DNA of 56,333 nt, filler included, from Dugesia japonica (lineage: Eukaryota), in assembly GCA_001938525.1 (NCBI GenBank). It is 4 parts of 4 records of this genome, joined end to end, with 100 filler letters (N's around TTAATTAATTAA, not from the genome) between each part and the next. Parts side by side here need not be neighbours in the genome. Positions count along the whole stretch, not along the records: positions 28,884 to 44,043 come from MQRL01624474.1; positions 44,144 to 56,333 come from MQRL01584358.1; 2 more parts are not named here. One strand, 5' to 3'. Shown piece by piece: positions 36,001 through 49,370 of the stretch (positions within the stretch are counted from its first letter, which is position 1; the number at the start of each line of letters is the position of its first letter). Made by a program: the position numbers and the translations under genes. Under the pieces are notes generated by a model that was not told where the DNA came from, made no database searches, and was given only the letters and a program-made list of their open reading frames with translations.

Positions 36001-39000
36001 TATTTTTTTCGTCCACTTGTTTACTGCATTGGCTCACATATATCTGTGAATATCACTTCAAATAATTTGGTAGCTTCTAAACTCTTTGTTTTCTCTTTAG
36101 TTGCTGTTGTATTTTCGTTACTGCATTTTATTGTCTGAAATTCAAACATATTCTTATGTCTTTCTTTTCCTTTTTCCAAACACAGATCAGCGGGGTATTC
36201 CATGGAGAGTTGCATTTCCGGATAATATTATTCTCGAAAAAGTTTTGGATAGCTTCTTTGATTTTAGACTCTACGTTTATTGGTTGTTATATACGGTTTT
36301 ACATTGATTGGTTTTACACTTGTGATTATTTCGTGTTTTGTCAGATGTGTGCGTCTTACATACCATTTATCTGCCAGAAAAGCATCTTCTTTACTTTCAA
36401 TTATTTTCAATAACCTCTTTTAATCCTCTTTAATCTTCAAAATATTAAAGGCTCTTGTCAATCGCTCTTCTTTTTTAATTTGTCTTTCAAATTTCGCTTC
36501 AATATTGCAAATGTAATTTTCATTTTTTTCATCCGTTTTGCTATCAACCTTTCGCATAAGCTGGTATCCAAATGTCTTCTACATATCTATTCTTCCTATC
36601 AAATCTGGTGTCACTCTTTCAGCAACTAAGAAAGTTATTTCTTTGCAAACTTCATCAATTATCACTCCGATTCTAACTTTCCAAAAAATTTCAAGTGAAC
36701 TATTATTTGCACAACGCAATCTTTCATCACACATTTCTAAATTTACTTCTCGTAATTTATTAAAATAACACAAACTCATCACGTTAATTTGAGCCCCAGT
36801 ATCTAATAGATATTCTACTTTTTTCCCTTGAATTGATACCGTAACACTTGGTCTTCCTTGCAATTTATGATACGAAATATTTGTTTTCTTTTCTGCTTTA
36901 ACTGTTCCAACCCATTCTACTTTTCTCTCATTCGAAAACTTTTTCTTCTTTAAGAACTTGTATATTTTTTCGGTAACTTTTCCTATATATAACTTTTCCT
37001 ATAACTTTTCGACTCCTTGAGAATAATTACTAACTTCATTTAACAATGGACAGCTCCAACCAACTCCTCTAGTGGTAAAACTCTGCCTTTTGGGTACTGC
37101 CTTTCGGAATCACTTTCATATACTTCCTCATACCCGTTGTTTATACTGACATCTTCATCTTCAATCACATGCACTCGATTATATCGGTTTCTTGATCTTT
37201 CTGCATTCATAAATTTCTTACTTGTTCTTTTCGCTTTCAAATTCGTGTAGCATTCTTCAGCTTGATGTCTACCATTACCACATCGTTTACACCTCACTTC
37301 TTGACATAACCTTCTAATATGGCGAACCTTTCCACAACCAAAACATTTTGTTGGTTTTTTGTTTGGGCAATCTCGACTTATATGCCCTGTTTATTGACAA
37401 CTCGAGCACTCAACCACTTTTTTGTCAGACAATTTGCTTTAGTGTGAACGATTTTATGACATGACCAACATTCGATATTTTGTTTTTCCTTTCTTTGCTC
37501 CACATGTCTATTTACTGTATGATTTACCGATTTCTGATAATTTCGATTTGTAACTCTCGTGTAACTTCTAACTGCATAAACTCGGTCTCTGTTTTTCTCT
37601 ACTTGATATACTAACGTCATTGTTTCTTCAATTTTTCTATATTCTGTCGTTTCCGCAAAGTCACTTCTTCTTCAACTTTTTTGTTACCTGAACAATATAC
37701 TAGCATCTTTGCTACCATTTTTTCTTCAGTAAAATCTTTATTTGTAAATAATCTTTTTACTAAATATTTTACATTGTTAAAATAAACTTGAATCTCTTCA
37801 TTTCTACGTCTGTAGTTAATCAAATTTTGAAAATCTTTGATAACATCTTTCTCTTTCTCAAATGCCATATGTAAACGAGCCTGAAAACTTTCAACTTTTT
37901 AAAAGGTCTTTGCATATTCTTTCAACAAATCTTCATCTAACAAACACGAGACTAATCTCTCCTGTTGTTTCACATGGCTGATGTTTTTAGCTTCAAAATA
38001 CAATTCACGCCTCTTGATGAATTTTTCAATATCATCTCCTCTGCAGAACACATTTGGCAATAACTTCTCTGTAATAGAATCGGTATTTACCACTGCCACC
38101 ATGTTAGGTATAACTTCAATTGGTAATTCATTTTGAAAATCACTTCTAATATTTTGAGACATCATTTATTTTACTACTACAAACCAAGTTTCATAATATA
38201 AATAATATCGAAATACAAGCATTTCAATATTAATATTTATATAACTCAATTTCTATTGGGTGAAATTATTAATTAATAATTATTTCCTCATAATGATCAT
38301 TGCACTTTTACAGAAAACAATTATAATATAAACACCAATTTCACTTACTGATTCACTCTGAAATGCTGATATTTAAGTTTATATATTTAGAATAAACTAG
38401 ATATTCACACACTACCTCACTCTAAAACGCTCGCACACAAGTAGAAAAGTTAATTATAATTTGTATAAGTGTGTTGGAATTAACAGAGAAGACAATTTGC
38501 TCGCAATGTTGTGTATACCAAAATAATTCAGAAAATAAATACTAACGCTTCATTGTATGAAAATTAAATTTTACTTCTTTTTTAAATTCAAATAAAAAAA
38601 CTATTTGTAAAATATTCTCATTTTCAGATTGAAAATTAAAGATAAATTCAAAAACTACTGGCGCCTCAGAATAAACTTGTTATTTATATTTTTCAATAAT
38701 ACAGGGTGTTCGGGGAGGAATGCACAGGACTTTGTAGTTAGCTTCCTTGAGTCATTATAAACAAACAATGTCTTATAAACATGGGTACGATTACCCACCA
38801 TTCATAAGTTATTGAGGATCAAAGGAAGACAAAGACAAACATTGTATTTATAAGTATAAACATTGTATTTACATTATAAAAAAATTTACAAATGTTCAAT
38901 GTGACCTCCATCAAATTTCTCACAACGTTTTTACACGATTCAACATCTCCTTCTGCCAATGTTTGATTTCAATGAAACCAACGTTGCAAAAATCCTCTCA

Positions 39001-42000
39001 ATCAATTCATCTTTATTTTCTTGTTTTAAATTTTCATAAGCTTGGTATTTTATGTAGCCCCATATGAAGAAGTCTAGATTTCAAAAAACAATAGATTAAG
39101 ATCTAATGATGTTGGCGGCCACTCTACAGGTTCATTTATTTCAATCCAACGTCTTTGAAAGTGCACAAAGATTGGTCACCACCTTAGCTCGGTGGGATGA
39201 ACATCCATCTTGCACGAACCAAACGTTTTCTTCTTATAATAAGAGGAATATTGTCGAGTAATAGTGGAAGCTCCAATTGCAGAAATTGTAGGTAAATATT
39301 GCTGTTCAGATGACCACAAAAGACGTGAGACCCGATTATAAATTGCCTGATCAGTCCTGCCAATACGTTTAATGAGAACCTATTTTGAAAATAAGTTTCT
39401 CTTATTGCATGTGGATTTTCTGTTGCCCATACATGTTCATTATGAGAATTGTTGATTCCGTCCCTTGTGAATGAAGCCTCATTACAGAATAGAAAAGTTG
39501 GAATCAATTGTGAGTGCTGATTTAACAATTTGCTAAATCCAACTCTTTATACAAAATCACCTTGATGAAGCTGTTGAACGTATTTAACATGATATGGATA
39601 AAACGTTTCCTCACGTAACGTCTGTCAAACGGTTGTTTGCTTAACTCCAATTTCAGCTGAGATTCTTTGTACGCTTGATTTAGCATCTTTATTTAATTTT
39701 TTCAATATGACCTTAGCTCTGTTTCTTCTTTGTATAACTCGTTCGCTGCATGTCTTAGAGAAACATCCTTTTTCTTTAAGTGACGCTAAGACATATCGAA
39801 ATGTTCAACAATCAGGTAACCAGGGTTGGACTGGAAACAAATTTTTGCCCGGGAAATATCAGAGACGTTGGCCAACAATATTAAATTTAAGAAAAAAATA
39901 ATTTCAAAAAACTAAATTTTTAATTTATAAACATATTTATTAAAATAATAACAAAGAATGTTTTTTAAACAATTGCCACAAAAATCAAAATTAAGTAATT
40001 AAAAATAATTAAATAAATATTATTAATTAAAGAAGTTTTTTTAATATTTCACAGTGAAATAATTGAGCGTATAGAGGGTCTTAAAATTGAGGGCCTGCCG
40101 CCGTAACAAGTAAAACATGTACAAACCTTAAAAATAGTTGAATAGCAACTAATCAGATTATAAAATACGTTTTCTTAGTCCAAGAACTCAGACGTGTTCA
40201 AGGGTAAACGACTTGCAATAATATATCTCCACTCTACCGTTGAAACTTGAATGAGCTGTGATACCATAACTGCCATGTAACCTGCGCTGCCACATAATAC
40301 GAAAACACATACACACGCCAGCTTCAAGATCAATGGAGATTTTTTTGAGTGAGACTTATGTATTATGTAGTACTGCGACGAACGACAGAACTTCTCATTT
40401 ACGATTCAACGCTTCTGCACACGTCATCTGCATGTTTATTTTGCTGTCTCGTTAATTAACCATTGAGTTAAATAGAAATAAAAAGAAGTAACAATTGTAA
40501 AAATTTAATTTCATTTCATTAAAAAAATAAAAAACTTGACTATATTTTTGGGTCAGTCCAACACTGCAGGTAACCTGCGGTTAGGAAATCTTTCGCCATA
40601 CTCCTTTCTAGCTGTTGCAGAATTACCGTTTCAGTATCCATACACAAATATCATATCTACATACTCTTGATCGGAAAATTGAAATGGTATTATGTCTAAT
40701 CTATAATATTTAAATGATAATAAAATATTCAAATATTAAAATATTTTAAATATTAATAAAAATTTACCTAATTTTAACATGGTGCGACAATAATAATTTT
40801 TTATTGGGAATATAAAAACAAGCACTTGTCTCTTAATAGTTTGAATATTAATAAATATTTAATACATGAAACGTTTAATAAATATTAAATAAATATAATT
40901 ATTAATAAAAATTAATTATTTGATCCTAAATATCTTGCAAATGGTTGATAATCGGACCCATGTTTATAAGTAATTTTTTGCTTATAATGACTCAAGGAAG
41001 CTAAGTACAAAGTCCTGTGCATTCCTCCCCAAACATCCTGTTTTTGTACATTAAATGGAAAATAAATTTTTGTATTTTATCAATTGTCAAATAAATCAAT
41101 AGTTTTGTAGATTTTCATTACTGAATTTCACAAATTTTAACAGTACGATTCAATAGAGAAATATTTGAGTTTTGTAAAAGTAACATTAAATAAATATTCA
41201 GAGTAAAATAGTAAAATAAAAAATTACAACATAGAAAATATGAAATTGAGCAGTTTTTTAAACTTAAAATAAAACGTCTGATAAAATATGTAAAGTAAAT
41301 ACCGATTAATCAATATTTAAAAACCGTAAAACAATTATAGATACCAGTGCTGTTCTATTATTCAATTTGGAGTATTATTAATATTTATACATTTTAACTA
41401 AAAGTTGGTTTTTATAGGAGTTACCAACAAGTTCAACACATTTTTCAAATGAAAAGTTTTGAATAAATAGTACATTTCTTTCCTATTTTAGTAAAATGTC
41501 GCTTAATTTATTATGCATATTAACAAGATTATGCATATTGGTCTATTGGAAAAACAGTAATAACTCAAGAATAACTTTGTAACATGAGGATCTTATTAAA
41601 AACATATTGCTTATACTTATTGTACTAATTTGAATAACAAAGAACCTTCTACTTAAGACAATAATAAAAATATAAAACAATTAAAAGGTATTGAGCTAAA
41701 AATATGCTCAAGCGTTTAATAAATTGATAAGTATTAAATATTTCAAATTTTATTAATCAAAAATTTTTATTAATTTTTCTTTTTTTCTCCATAGTAATAA
41801 AAAAGTAAGAAGCAAACAGAAAAACACGGGCAAAAAAGAACAGGAGCGTACAAGATCATGATGTATGTGATATGCTCAGACAAGTCTATTTCGGGAAGAA
41901 GCGGAAGCCAGTGTCTGACACGTACAAGTAAAGAAAATGGTTAATATTTAAGTTAATATTTTCGTATTTTAATACATTTTTAACTAAAAATCAATGGAAT

Positions 42001-43763
42001 TTAATATTGGAGAATGATGCACAAAAAATCTGTAAGCAATGCCTTTTGATCTTCAAGTAATAGTAATAGCCACTGGTGTATCGAAACAGACCCTATTCCT
42101 TGATGATATTGATTCAATGAATAGTAGAAATGAAGAATTAATTGAAAATTAATAAATTTTACAAAAGATCCAGTATTATGTGTCCGATGTTTTTATTCGC
42201 ATTCCACAACTTCATTGATTCTGATTACAGAAAACATAATTTACTAATATTCTTATTTACATTAACTGTAATATAGGCAGTAGTATTTTTGTAGTTTTTC
42301 CGTTTTATATGAAAATATTACTTCTGTTGTAAAGATTGCACGAGAATGTTTTGTTTTTAATAGAATTTCTTTCAATTGGCACCTGAAAACATCTTTTTGT
42401 GTTAATTTAATTTTCTTTAAATTTCTAGAAACAGAATATTATTCCTTATTGATATTTAATGCATTTATTGTATTCTCTTTCAATTCATTTTGAGATAAAA
42501 GAATTAAACATTAATTCTTTAAGTTTTAGAGGAAGTTCTACTAAAATCATATCATGTTCTTTCATATTTTTCCTTTTCAAAAACAAGTTTTTCAAACGAT
42601 TCAAAGTTTTTAATAATATCACTGTGTGATATGACAGAGAATTGTATAATATTTCTATATTGACCTATGAAAGAGTAAATTAACATATGTATTTGATAAA
42701 ATGCGAATGCGTGATTAACTGTTTGAATGTATGTATCATTTTAAGTGCTCAAATATTATTACATAATCGATTCCTCAGAAGCTTTACATAAATATATGTT
42801 ACAGTGCAATTTTGTTAAATATATATATTTTATGCTTAATTCTATCACGAAAGAAATTTTTTGACAATCCACAATCGTTTTGATTTTATATTTATTAGTT
42901 GTGAATATCAAAGTTATAATATCATACAAATCTTTCGTAACATATATCTTATCGTTTTTTACTTTGTATTGTTCATATCATTGCTCTTTAAACTTTGGGC
43001 ATAATCGGCTTTCATCTAAACATATCCAATTTCTTGCGAATCTCCCACACGCAAATTCCAAAAATTGAATTCCATAAAGTTAAGGTCAAATTTTACACAA
43101 ATAACAAAAGAAACATCTACATCTTTATGACTTAATTTTTCTTAACTTTACAATCTTGCACAATATTCAACTGGTCTACTAATACTATGTCAATGCTTTG
43201 TATGCTTTCAGATGTTTAAATAATTTTGTATATTCTATACATTTGTTGATCAATAATTTGTAACAAATTAAACATATTTGTAGTTCATTTTCGTCATTTT
43301 CTTTGAACAATGTGCAACCAAATTTTAAATAATCGTTATAAATTCGTTTTCTGCCTAAATGGACTATTTCATTTTTCTGGCTGGTTTTTTTATATCGGTT
43401 TAGTTTTATGCAACTAAATCTATTTTAGCAATTTTCAAATGTATCCATTATCCATAAAGAATAGATTCAAGTTGAACTTTAAATGGAAAAGATGAAAGTG
43501 AAAATTTGTGTCAAACAACAAAAACTATTTCTCTTAAACGGTATTGACATAACGATTCCTAAACAAATTTAATGAATATACAAATAAACTGTTAATTTAA
43601 AATACCATTAAAGATAAAACAATCGAAAACATTTAAAAAATATACCAGGTAATTCTCCGACATCCATTTTTTTGAGATTCTTTGCTTCTAAAATGACAAT
43701 ATTCAAATTTCCATTTTTTGAATCATATCTTATTGAGAAATATATGTCACCCAATTGATTTTC
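32392..43763 (-). CDS. SYT1: synaptotagmin-1-like, C2B-encoding 3' exons (43763-43646, 34771-34638, 32568-32392); 5' exons not in this block
   Basis: Spliced with phase-compatible GT-AG introns: [13 protein letters not shown]...[17 protein letters not shown]|[45 protein letters not shown]|[58 protein letters not shown]. Confidence 0.92.
32642..33003. repeat. (TTA)n microsatellite with gap
   Basis: Direct run. Confidence 0.95.
33130..34350 (+). mobile_element. Penelope-like element remnant: inverted GIY-YIG fragment, RT N-terminal region and pLTR with hammerhead
   Basis: Plus strand: [16 protein letters not shown] and [26 protein letters not shown] (PxDK; PKxHK..RPIV). Minus strand 33130-33350: [14 protein letters not shown]....SEVFKHF (GIY-YIG). 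Hammerhead at 34259. Confidence 0.75.
34259..34296 (+). ncRNA. minimal type I hammerhead ribozyme
   Basis: atattc CTGAAGA a gac aata gtt GAAA att t gaatat: 6-bp perfect stem I, short stem II, palindromic AATT stem III. Confidence 0.7.
35172..35330 (-). repeat. 3' LTR
   Basis: Direct repeat of 38102-38292 (missing ~32 bp), preceded by the PPT. Confidence 0.9.
38102..38292 (-). repeat. 5' LTR
   Basis: Direct repeat, followed on the minus strand by a tRNA-Leu-type PBS. Confidence 0.9.
38702..41040 (-). mobile_element. Tc1/mariner-superfamily transposon with ~90-bp TIRs, decayed transposase
   Basis: TA|CAGGGTGTTCGGGGAGGAATGCACAGGACTTTGTA... and its inverse ...TACAAAGTCCTGTGCATTCCTCCCCAAACATCCTG. 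Transposase [12 protein letters not shown]...[11 protein letters not shown]...WPPTSLDL...[10 protein letters not shown]. Confidence 0.9.
42000..43400 (-). mobile_element. highly decayed hAT (Buster/Charlie-like) transposase remnant
   Basis: [12 protein letters not shown]....[13 protein letters not shown]...TKLFKHLK (~43200-43360) resembles the ZBED5/Charlie N-terminal zinc finger. The rest is fragmentary. Confidence 0.45.
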
Positions 43764-44043
43764 CTAAAATATGTAGAAATTCGATCACAATTTTTAAAAT
43801 AATATATTATTTTTTTGAATATTATTACTATTATCATCATAAAAATAATTAATTAATTTAAATCGATTGTAATTAATTCATTAACACATAAAATTTCCGA
43901 AATGGAAATTCTTGGCAGAAAGTGTGGTCTTAATTTTCTTATTTAATTTGCAGTGAAAAAATCGAATTTTATATTATAAATAATATTTAAATTCATTTTA
44001 TAAATATCAAATTTGTTTAATTATCCGATTTATTGACTTTTAA

Positions 44044-44143
44044 NNNNNNNNNNNNNNNNNNNNNNNNNNNNNNNNNNNNNNNNNNNNTTAATTAATTAAN
44101 NNNNNNNNNNNNNNNNNNNNNNNNNNNNNNNNNNNNNNNNNNN
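44044..44143. other. artificial assembly spacer
   Basis: 44 N + TTAATTAATTAA + 44 N. Confidence 0.95.
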
Positions 44144-44769
44144 AAAAATTTAAAAAACGAAATAATATTAATTAAATATAATATTAATAATATTAATTAA
44201 ATATAATATTAATAATAATTATTAAATATATTAATTAATTGTCCTAATACGAATTTAAAAGAAACTTTTTAAAAAATTTTTAGTTCAAAAAAAATTAATT
44301 TTATAATTATGTGTGAAATTAGTTCATTTTTGAATGAATTTTAAAAAATTAAAAAAAATAGAAAAGAAATTTATAAAAAATAATATTTATTTAAAATAAC
44401 ATAAATTATATGCATTAAAAACACAAAATAAAATTTTTAAAAATTTGCAAAAAAATTACAAAAATATAAAATTAAAAACTCTAAGTATAATATATCTAAA
44501 ATACCTAAAAGACTTTTCTATAAACATTAATAAAAAAAATTATTTTTGAAATTTTTTGAGTTCAGTTGATTTTAAAAAATAAAAATTAAAATAATTAAAA
44601 TTAAAAGTATAAAAAAAATTAACAAATAAAATTTCTATAAAATTTGAAGAATTGAGTAACAAAGATCTATTGTATTGAATATCTCAAGAAGCCAACATNN
44701 NNNNNNNNNNNNNNNNNNNNNNNNNNNNNNNNNNNNNNNNNNNNNNNNAATATCTCAAGAAGCCAACAT

Positions 44770-44803
44770 GTTCCTGAAGAAGAATATTGTCGAAAATTTG
44801 AAC
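44770..44803 (+). ncRNA. minimal hammerhead ribozyme, relative of the 34259 copy
   Basis: gttc CTGAAGA agaatattgtc GAAA att t gaac. The downstream ~60 nt (atcgaagc...ttattttaatgaaat) is homologous to 34310-34350. Confidence 0.55.
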
Positions 44804-44879
44804 CTTTTTACAAATAAATTTTTTTTTGATCGAAGCCTTTTCTTATTTTAATGAAATATAATATAATATATTATTTTGA

Positions 44880-45450
44880 GTACCACGCAATTTTCTACAG
44901 TAAACCCTGTGCAAAATATGTTCAGATTTTAATTCTCAATTTAATGGTCTAAATATATTTTAAAAGATAATATTAATTTAATTATAATTATAATTTATAA
45001 TTAATTATTTAATTATATATTATTTGTTGAACGAAGTATTTTCATACAGCAAACTCTATATGAAATATGTTCAGATTTTTATTCTGAGTTCAACGATATC
45101 AAATTTGTTTGCTTATCATAAGTATTTTTAGAGTAAATAATTTCTTTTATCCAAGGTGGGGCATGATTCCCGGTAATTTTCTATCTTTTAAACCAAGTAT
45201 ATTTATTCAACAAACCCCATACAAAATATGTTTAGAATTTTATTGTAAATTAAATGCTATCACTTTCAGAGCCATAAAATACAAGTCAAAGGGTTCCCGT
45301 GCACCACTACCTTTTGTTGGAGAACCAAGAAGTTTTGTACAGCAAAAGCTATAAATACGGATTTTCGAACTTCCCGAGCAAAAATTCGACAAACCAAAAT
45401 CGAAATCGAAAAAATTTTCCTTCTCTTTTTATTGACCAATAAAAATCCTC
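44880..45450. repeat. second copy of the ~145-bp repeat block
   Basis: caaaccc..caaaatatgttcagattttt units, plus the 21-nt identity cttcccgagcaaaaattcgac (45370-45390 = 21554-21574). Confidence 0.75.
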
Positions 45451-45799
45451 AAATTTTGAGTACTTTTTTCAGCACAGTTTTTCAGCTTTTAATCAATTGT
45501 TTCTTTACAAAATTGTAAACTTTTTCTTTTAGATTATTGTACTCATCTACTCGTTTATTTTTGTTTTTTATTTATACTGCTATTTTTAGGATACTTAATT
45601 CAAAGCTCCGACAATCTCGACTTTAATCAGAGCTTGACCATTTGGGTATTTATTTTTATAAATATTTGATTCTTACTACAATAGTGGCCTTTGTCTTCTA
45701 TACATACATAATCTTTTCCATTTTCCTCAATAAAATTAACGTGACTGCCATTCCTTCTTGTGTATTTATTTGTATTGTTCCAATAACACCTTTGTTTGT

Positions 45800-46300
45800 C
45801 ATTTAGCAGGTTACGCATATACAAGTTACAGTATCAAGAGTTGGAAAAATATCGAAATAAATTTATAAAATCGATATTATTGCAGGTGACACTTATATCT
45901 TTTTCTTTTTTTTCTATAGTGGACAAAGACAGGCTTTTGAAAAAAATGAAATATGATGGTTTAATTGGATACCAGCTATTATCCAAAGGATCACCCATTA
46001 TACTCCAGTGAAAAGGCCAATAAGATCGGACTATTTAAAGATGAGGGTCAAGGAGAAAATTATCTGGAATGGGTATTTCTAAGACTCAAATGCTATAGCA
46101 TGAAACAAACTGACATTCGTCATGATAACTATATGGGCGTAAATATTGAAGCAGGAGAAGTAAAAAAAAGTCAGAGCACCTTCAGGTCAATAAATCATCA
46201 TATTTATACGGTGGACACTAAGAAATGCGCGTTATCATGCAATGATGATAAGCGTTTCTGGAAGGATAAAATAAGAGTATGGCCTATGGCCATTATAAAA
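45800..46300 (+). pseudogene. C-terminal fragment of a second, divergent Polinton-type pPolB
   Basis: RLRIYKLQY...IIAGDT...DTSYYPKDHPLYS..ANKIGLFKDE....WVFLRLKCYS...TFRSINHHIYTV..KKCALSCNDDKRF. Confidence 0.85.
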
Positions 46301-47402
46301 TTAATAATTAAATTTAATTTAAAAAATGATAATCGTTGTTTTTTCAATGTCAACCAATTTCATTGCTGTGCTCAATTTTTTTAAGAATGAAGACTATTTG
46401 ACCATAAAATGTATTTGATTATGATTGAAATAAAATTTTTCCATCCACTTGTCTCTTATTTATTAAAAATTTATTCATCATTAATTATAAATTTTATAAA
46501 AAAATTATAAAAATTTTTAAATAAAATTATTTTAATTTTATTATTTAATATTTTTTTTATATTATTTTTAAATTATTTTAATTAAAATTAATTTTAATTG
46601 TAATAAATAATATTGTAATAAATATTTTAATAAATAATATTTTACTTTAAACATCCAATAGTCAACAATATTAATATTTTACGCAAACTTTGAAATTATT
46701 AATATAAACCTTGTTATAATAAATCAATTTTATGAAATCTCTAATTTTGAAGATAATTATAATTGTTAATATAAACTGCTTTATTAAATTGATAATTTAC
46801 GAATACACTTATTTATCGAAGTAATATGATTTCATTATTTTATGTTACGCATATGATCTATTGGATAAATAAATTATTTCACCAGTATAAGATTGGATAG
46901 CAATTTTATTTATAAAATGTTAAATTTTCGATATTAAAAAAAAATAATTATGATTAACAATCAGTGTCTATATTTGCTTGACAATCTTATTTTGTGTATT
47001 TATTAAAACTAATTATATTGATGCTTATAATGAATACTATAAATACAACATTATAAAATTTTACGAGGTTTGTTATTCTAAAACTGAAATTCATGTTATA
47101 AGTTTATATTGATTAGAAAATTAACAATAGTTTGTCAGTATGCTAAAATAAATTGATATAGTCTGTAGATCTATACTCCAATCGGATTTATTTATTGGAA
47201 AGCACGAATTAAACTCTAAACACACTAAAGTTAGAAATAATTCTACTTGTCTTACTGCTATATGTAAATTCTGATAAAAAAACTGTTTTAAATTATGAAA
47301 CTATTGGTTGTAACTTATTTCATTCAAATATGCCATTTTAGTTAATTGATTGAAATATGGAGTTTTATTGATTTTGTTTTTAGGTTATTTAAATATTGAT
47401 TA

Positions 47403-48052
47403 ATGAAATTATTGATTTTAAATGGAGAAAAAGGTGATGAAAAAATAGAAATTAACATTAATAAAGATTCGATTATCAAACATATAAAATTTAAACTAGA
47501 TGAAATTCTCCAGGGAAATGAATTTTTTACGAGATTTTATTTTCGGTTAATTCATAAAAACATGATTTTATTGGATAATAATTCAATTAAATTTTATAAA
47601 TTATGTGAGAATGATGAGATTTGGTTTGGAAAAATTGAGAATTATTTGAAAAAGTATATAAATTTGTGCAAAGAAATCACTTGTTGTTAATTGTAGGGAT
47701 GACGTTATTATTGATGTTATTTACGTTAAACGAGTTGGTGGTATTCAGTATTTGATTGTGAAAAGGAATGATACGATTTCTACTATCAGATCAATCATTG
47801 AAAGAATTCAATATGAAATAACCGATATTTGGAATTTAGAAGGAAAAGAAATGAAAAATGACCAATTTGTTACAGAGATTGATGCCAATGAAAATTACAG
47901 ATTGATTATTTGGTTAATTTGAGAATTGATAAATTAAATTAATCAATTAAATTTTAAATAGTTTTGAATGGAAAGAAGTTGAAATGAATTATACATTTGA
48001 TCAATACTGTTGTCTTCATGATTTGCAGATTGTCGATCGATATTTGCTGTAA
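47403..48052 (+). CDS. tandem ubiquitin-like domain protein (putative exons 47403-47623, 47697-47912, 47962-48052)
   Basis: IEININKDSIIKHIKFKL....RLIHKNMILLDNNSIKFYKLCENDEIW is a UBL fold. Phase-2 GT-AG introns join a second UBL-like exon (VKRNDTISTIRSII...LEGKEMKND). Confidence 0.55.
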
Positions 48053-48949
48053 ACCTTGATTGAGATGTGATTATTTATTGATTATTGTAAAAATTAATAG
48101 ATTTGACCAAATTCGGGATGATAACAAAAATGAATCAGTAAAATCGATATTAATTTGTCGAATGATCAAAATCAGGTGGATAATGAAATAATTTTGATAT
48201 TTAATCAATAATAATTAATTAATTATTTATCAGAAAAATTATCTCCTCAAATGAAAACATTGATGACAGATTAAATCAAAATTTATCACATTTACCGTTT
48301 TCTTTTCTCAATTCTAAATTTTTCTTTTGTTACGGAATGACAGATTACATATTGGATATTTGTAATGATTATTGGATATTTGTTATAAATCAATATGACG
48401 CCGAGTAAAATTGATTTTTCTCTATGTGAGACTGATAATTGATATCTCATTTAGTGTTGACAAGATATTTGATCAATATTTCTATTATGCAATGTAAGTT
48501 TGGTTGATTGTATAAATGAAGGATGGTAAAAATCATTGATTTTTATTCATATTTGTGATCTAACATGACACGATCAATCATATAAATATCAATAAAAATA
48601 TAAAATAGATAACGCCATTTTAAATTGTGAGGATTTACATTTAAGAACATTATTAATTTTTATAATTTGCTTTTTATATTGTGGTTGTTAAAATATTGCA
48701 AAGTTTTGGTAGTGTAATTTTTGAAATAAGAAATTAGTTAAATCTGTTAAAAGTTTATTAATTTGTTAATCAAAATTTATTTGTAAATATCTCAATTGAA
48801 ATATATTATTTTTATTAAGATTATAATGTTTTAATTTTATTTTACGTTATTAAGTGTTATTCATAAGTAAAGTAGAATTTTGTAGTTTAGAATTTTTGCA
48901 TGATTTTAATATTTAGAATCAAGAAATTTTATAAGAAAGAGAATATCCA

Positions 48950-49370
48950 TTGTATTTATCATGGATAAAATTTAAGAAACTACTAATAATTCTGGGAGCC
49001 AATCCACCTTTTCTCCGCAATTTTTTTGAAAAAAAATTGACATCGATTACAAATTTATTATAAAACAATACAAAACCAATGTTCATGTACCACTAACCTT
49101 TAAAACGGCACAAATACAGTTATATCGTGCAGTATTTGTTCAAATATATTGTTACCTGTGAAACGATGTCGTCACCTGTCTTTTTTATCAGTTAGATTTC
49201 AAATCATAATATGCCCATTACTGCACTGTCTGTTTAAATGCAAAATACCGTGCTGTTGTAAAAATAATACACTGCTAGCTTTTTCAGGCACCAGAGCTGA
49301 CAACGACAACAAATTTAAGGCAGCCATCGATGCAAACAATGATGAACATTTATACAAGAAAATCTAGGAA
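48950..49370 (-). mobile_element. Merlin/ISXO2-like transposase N-terminal remnant
   Basis: MAALNLLSL...SVLFLQQHGILHLNRQCSNGHIMI*NLTDKKDR*R matches the FLQ..GIL...R.C..GH.M....DRWRC N-terminus of eukaryotic IS1595-like transposases. Confidence 0.55.

Larger units (their letters stand above)
35172..38292 (-). mobile_element. Gypsy LTR retrotransposon, internally deleted (gag-PR-[RT/RH deleted]-IN), inside a synaptotagmin intron
   Basis: LTRs 38102-38292 and 35172-35330, 5-bp TSD ATGAT (35167-35171, 38293-38297), PBS TGGTGGCAGTGGT (38089-38101) and PPT AAGAAGGGGGA. Coding remnants: CCHC knuckles, LLDTGA protease, RT start SPWNTP...RICLNFR, integrase [14 protein letters not shown]. Confidence 0.93.
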
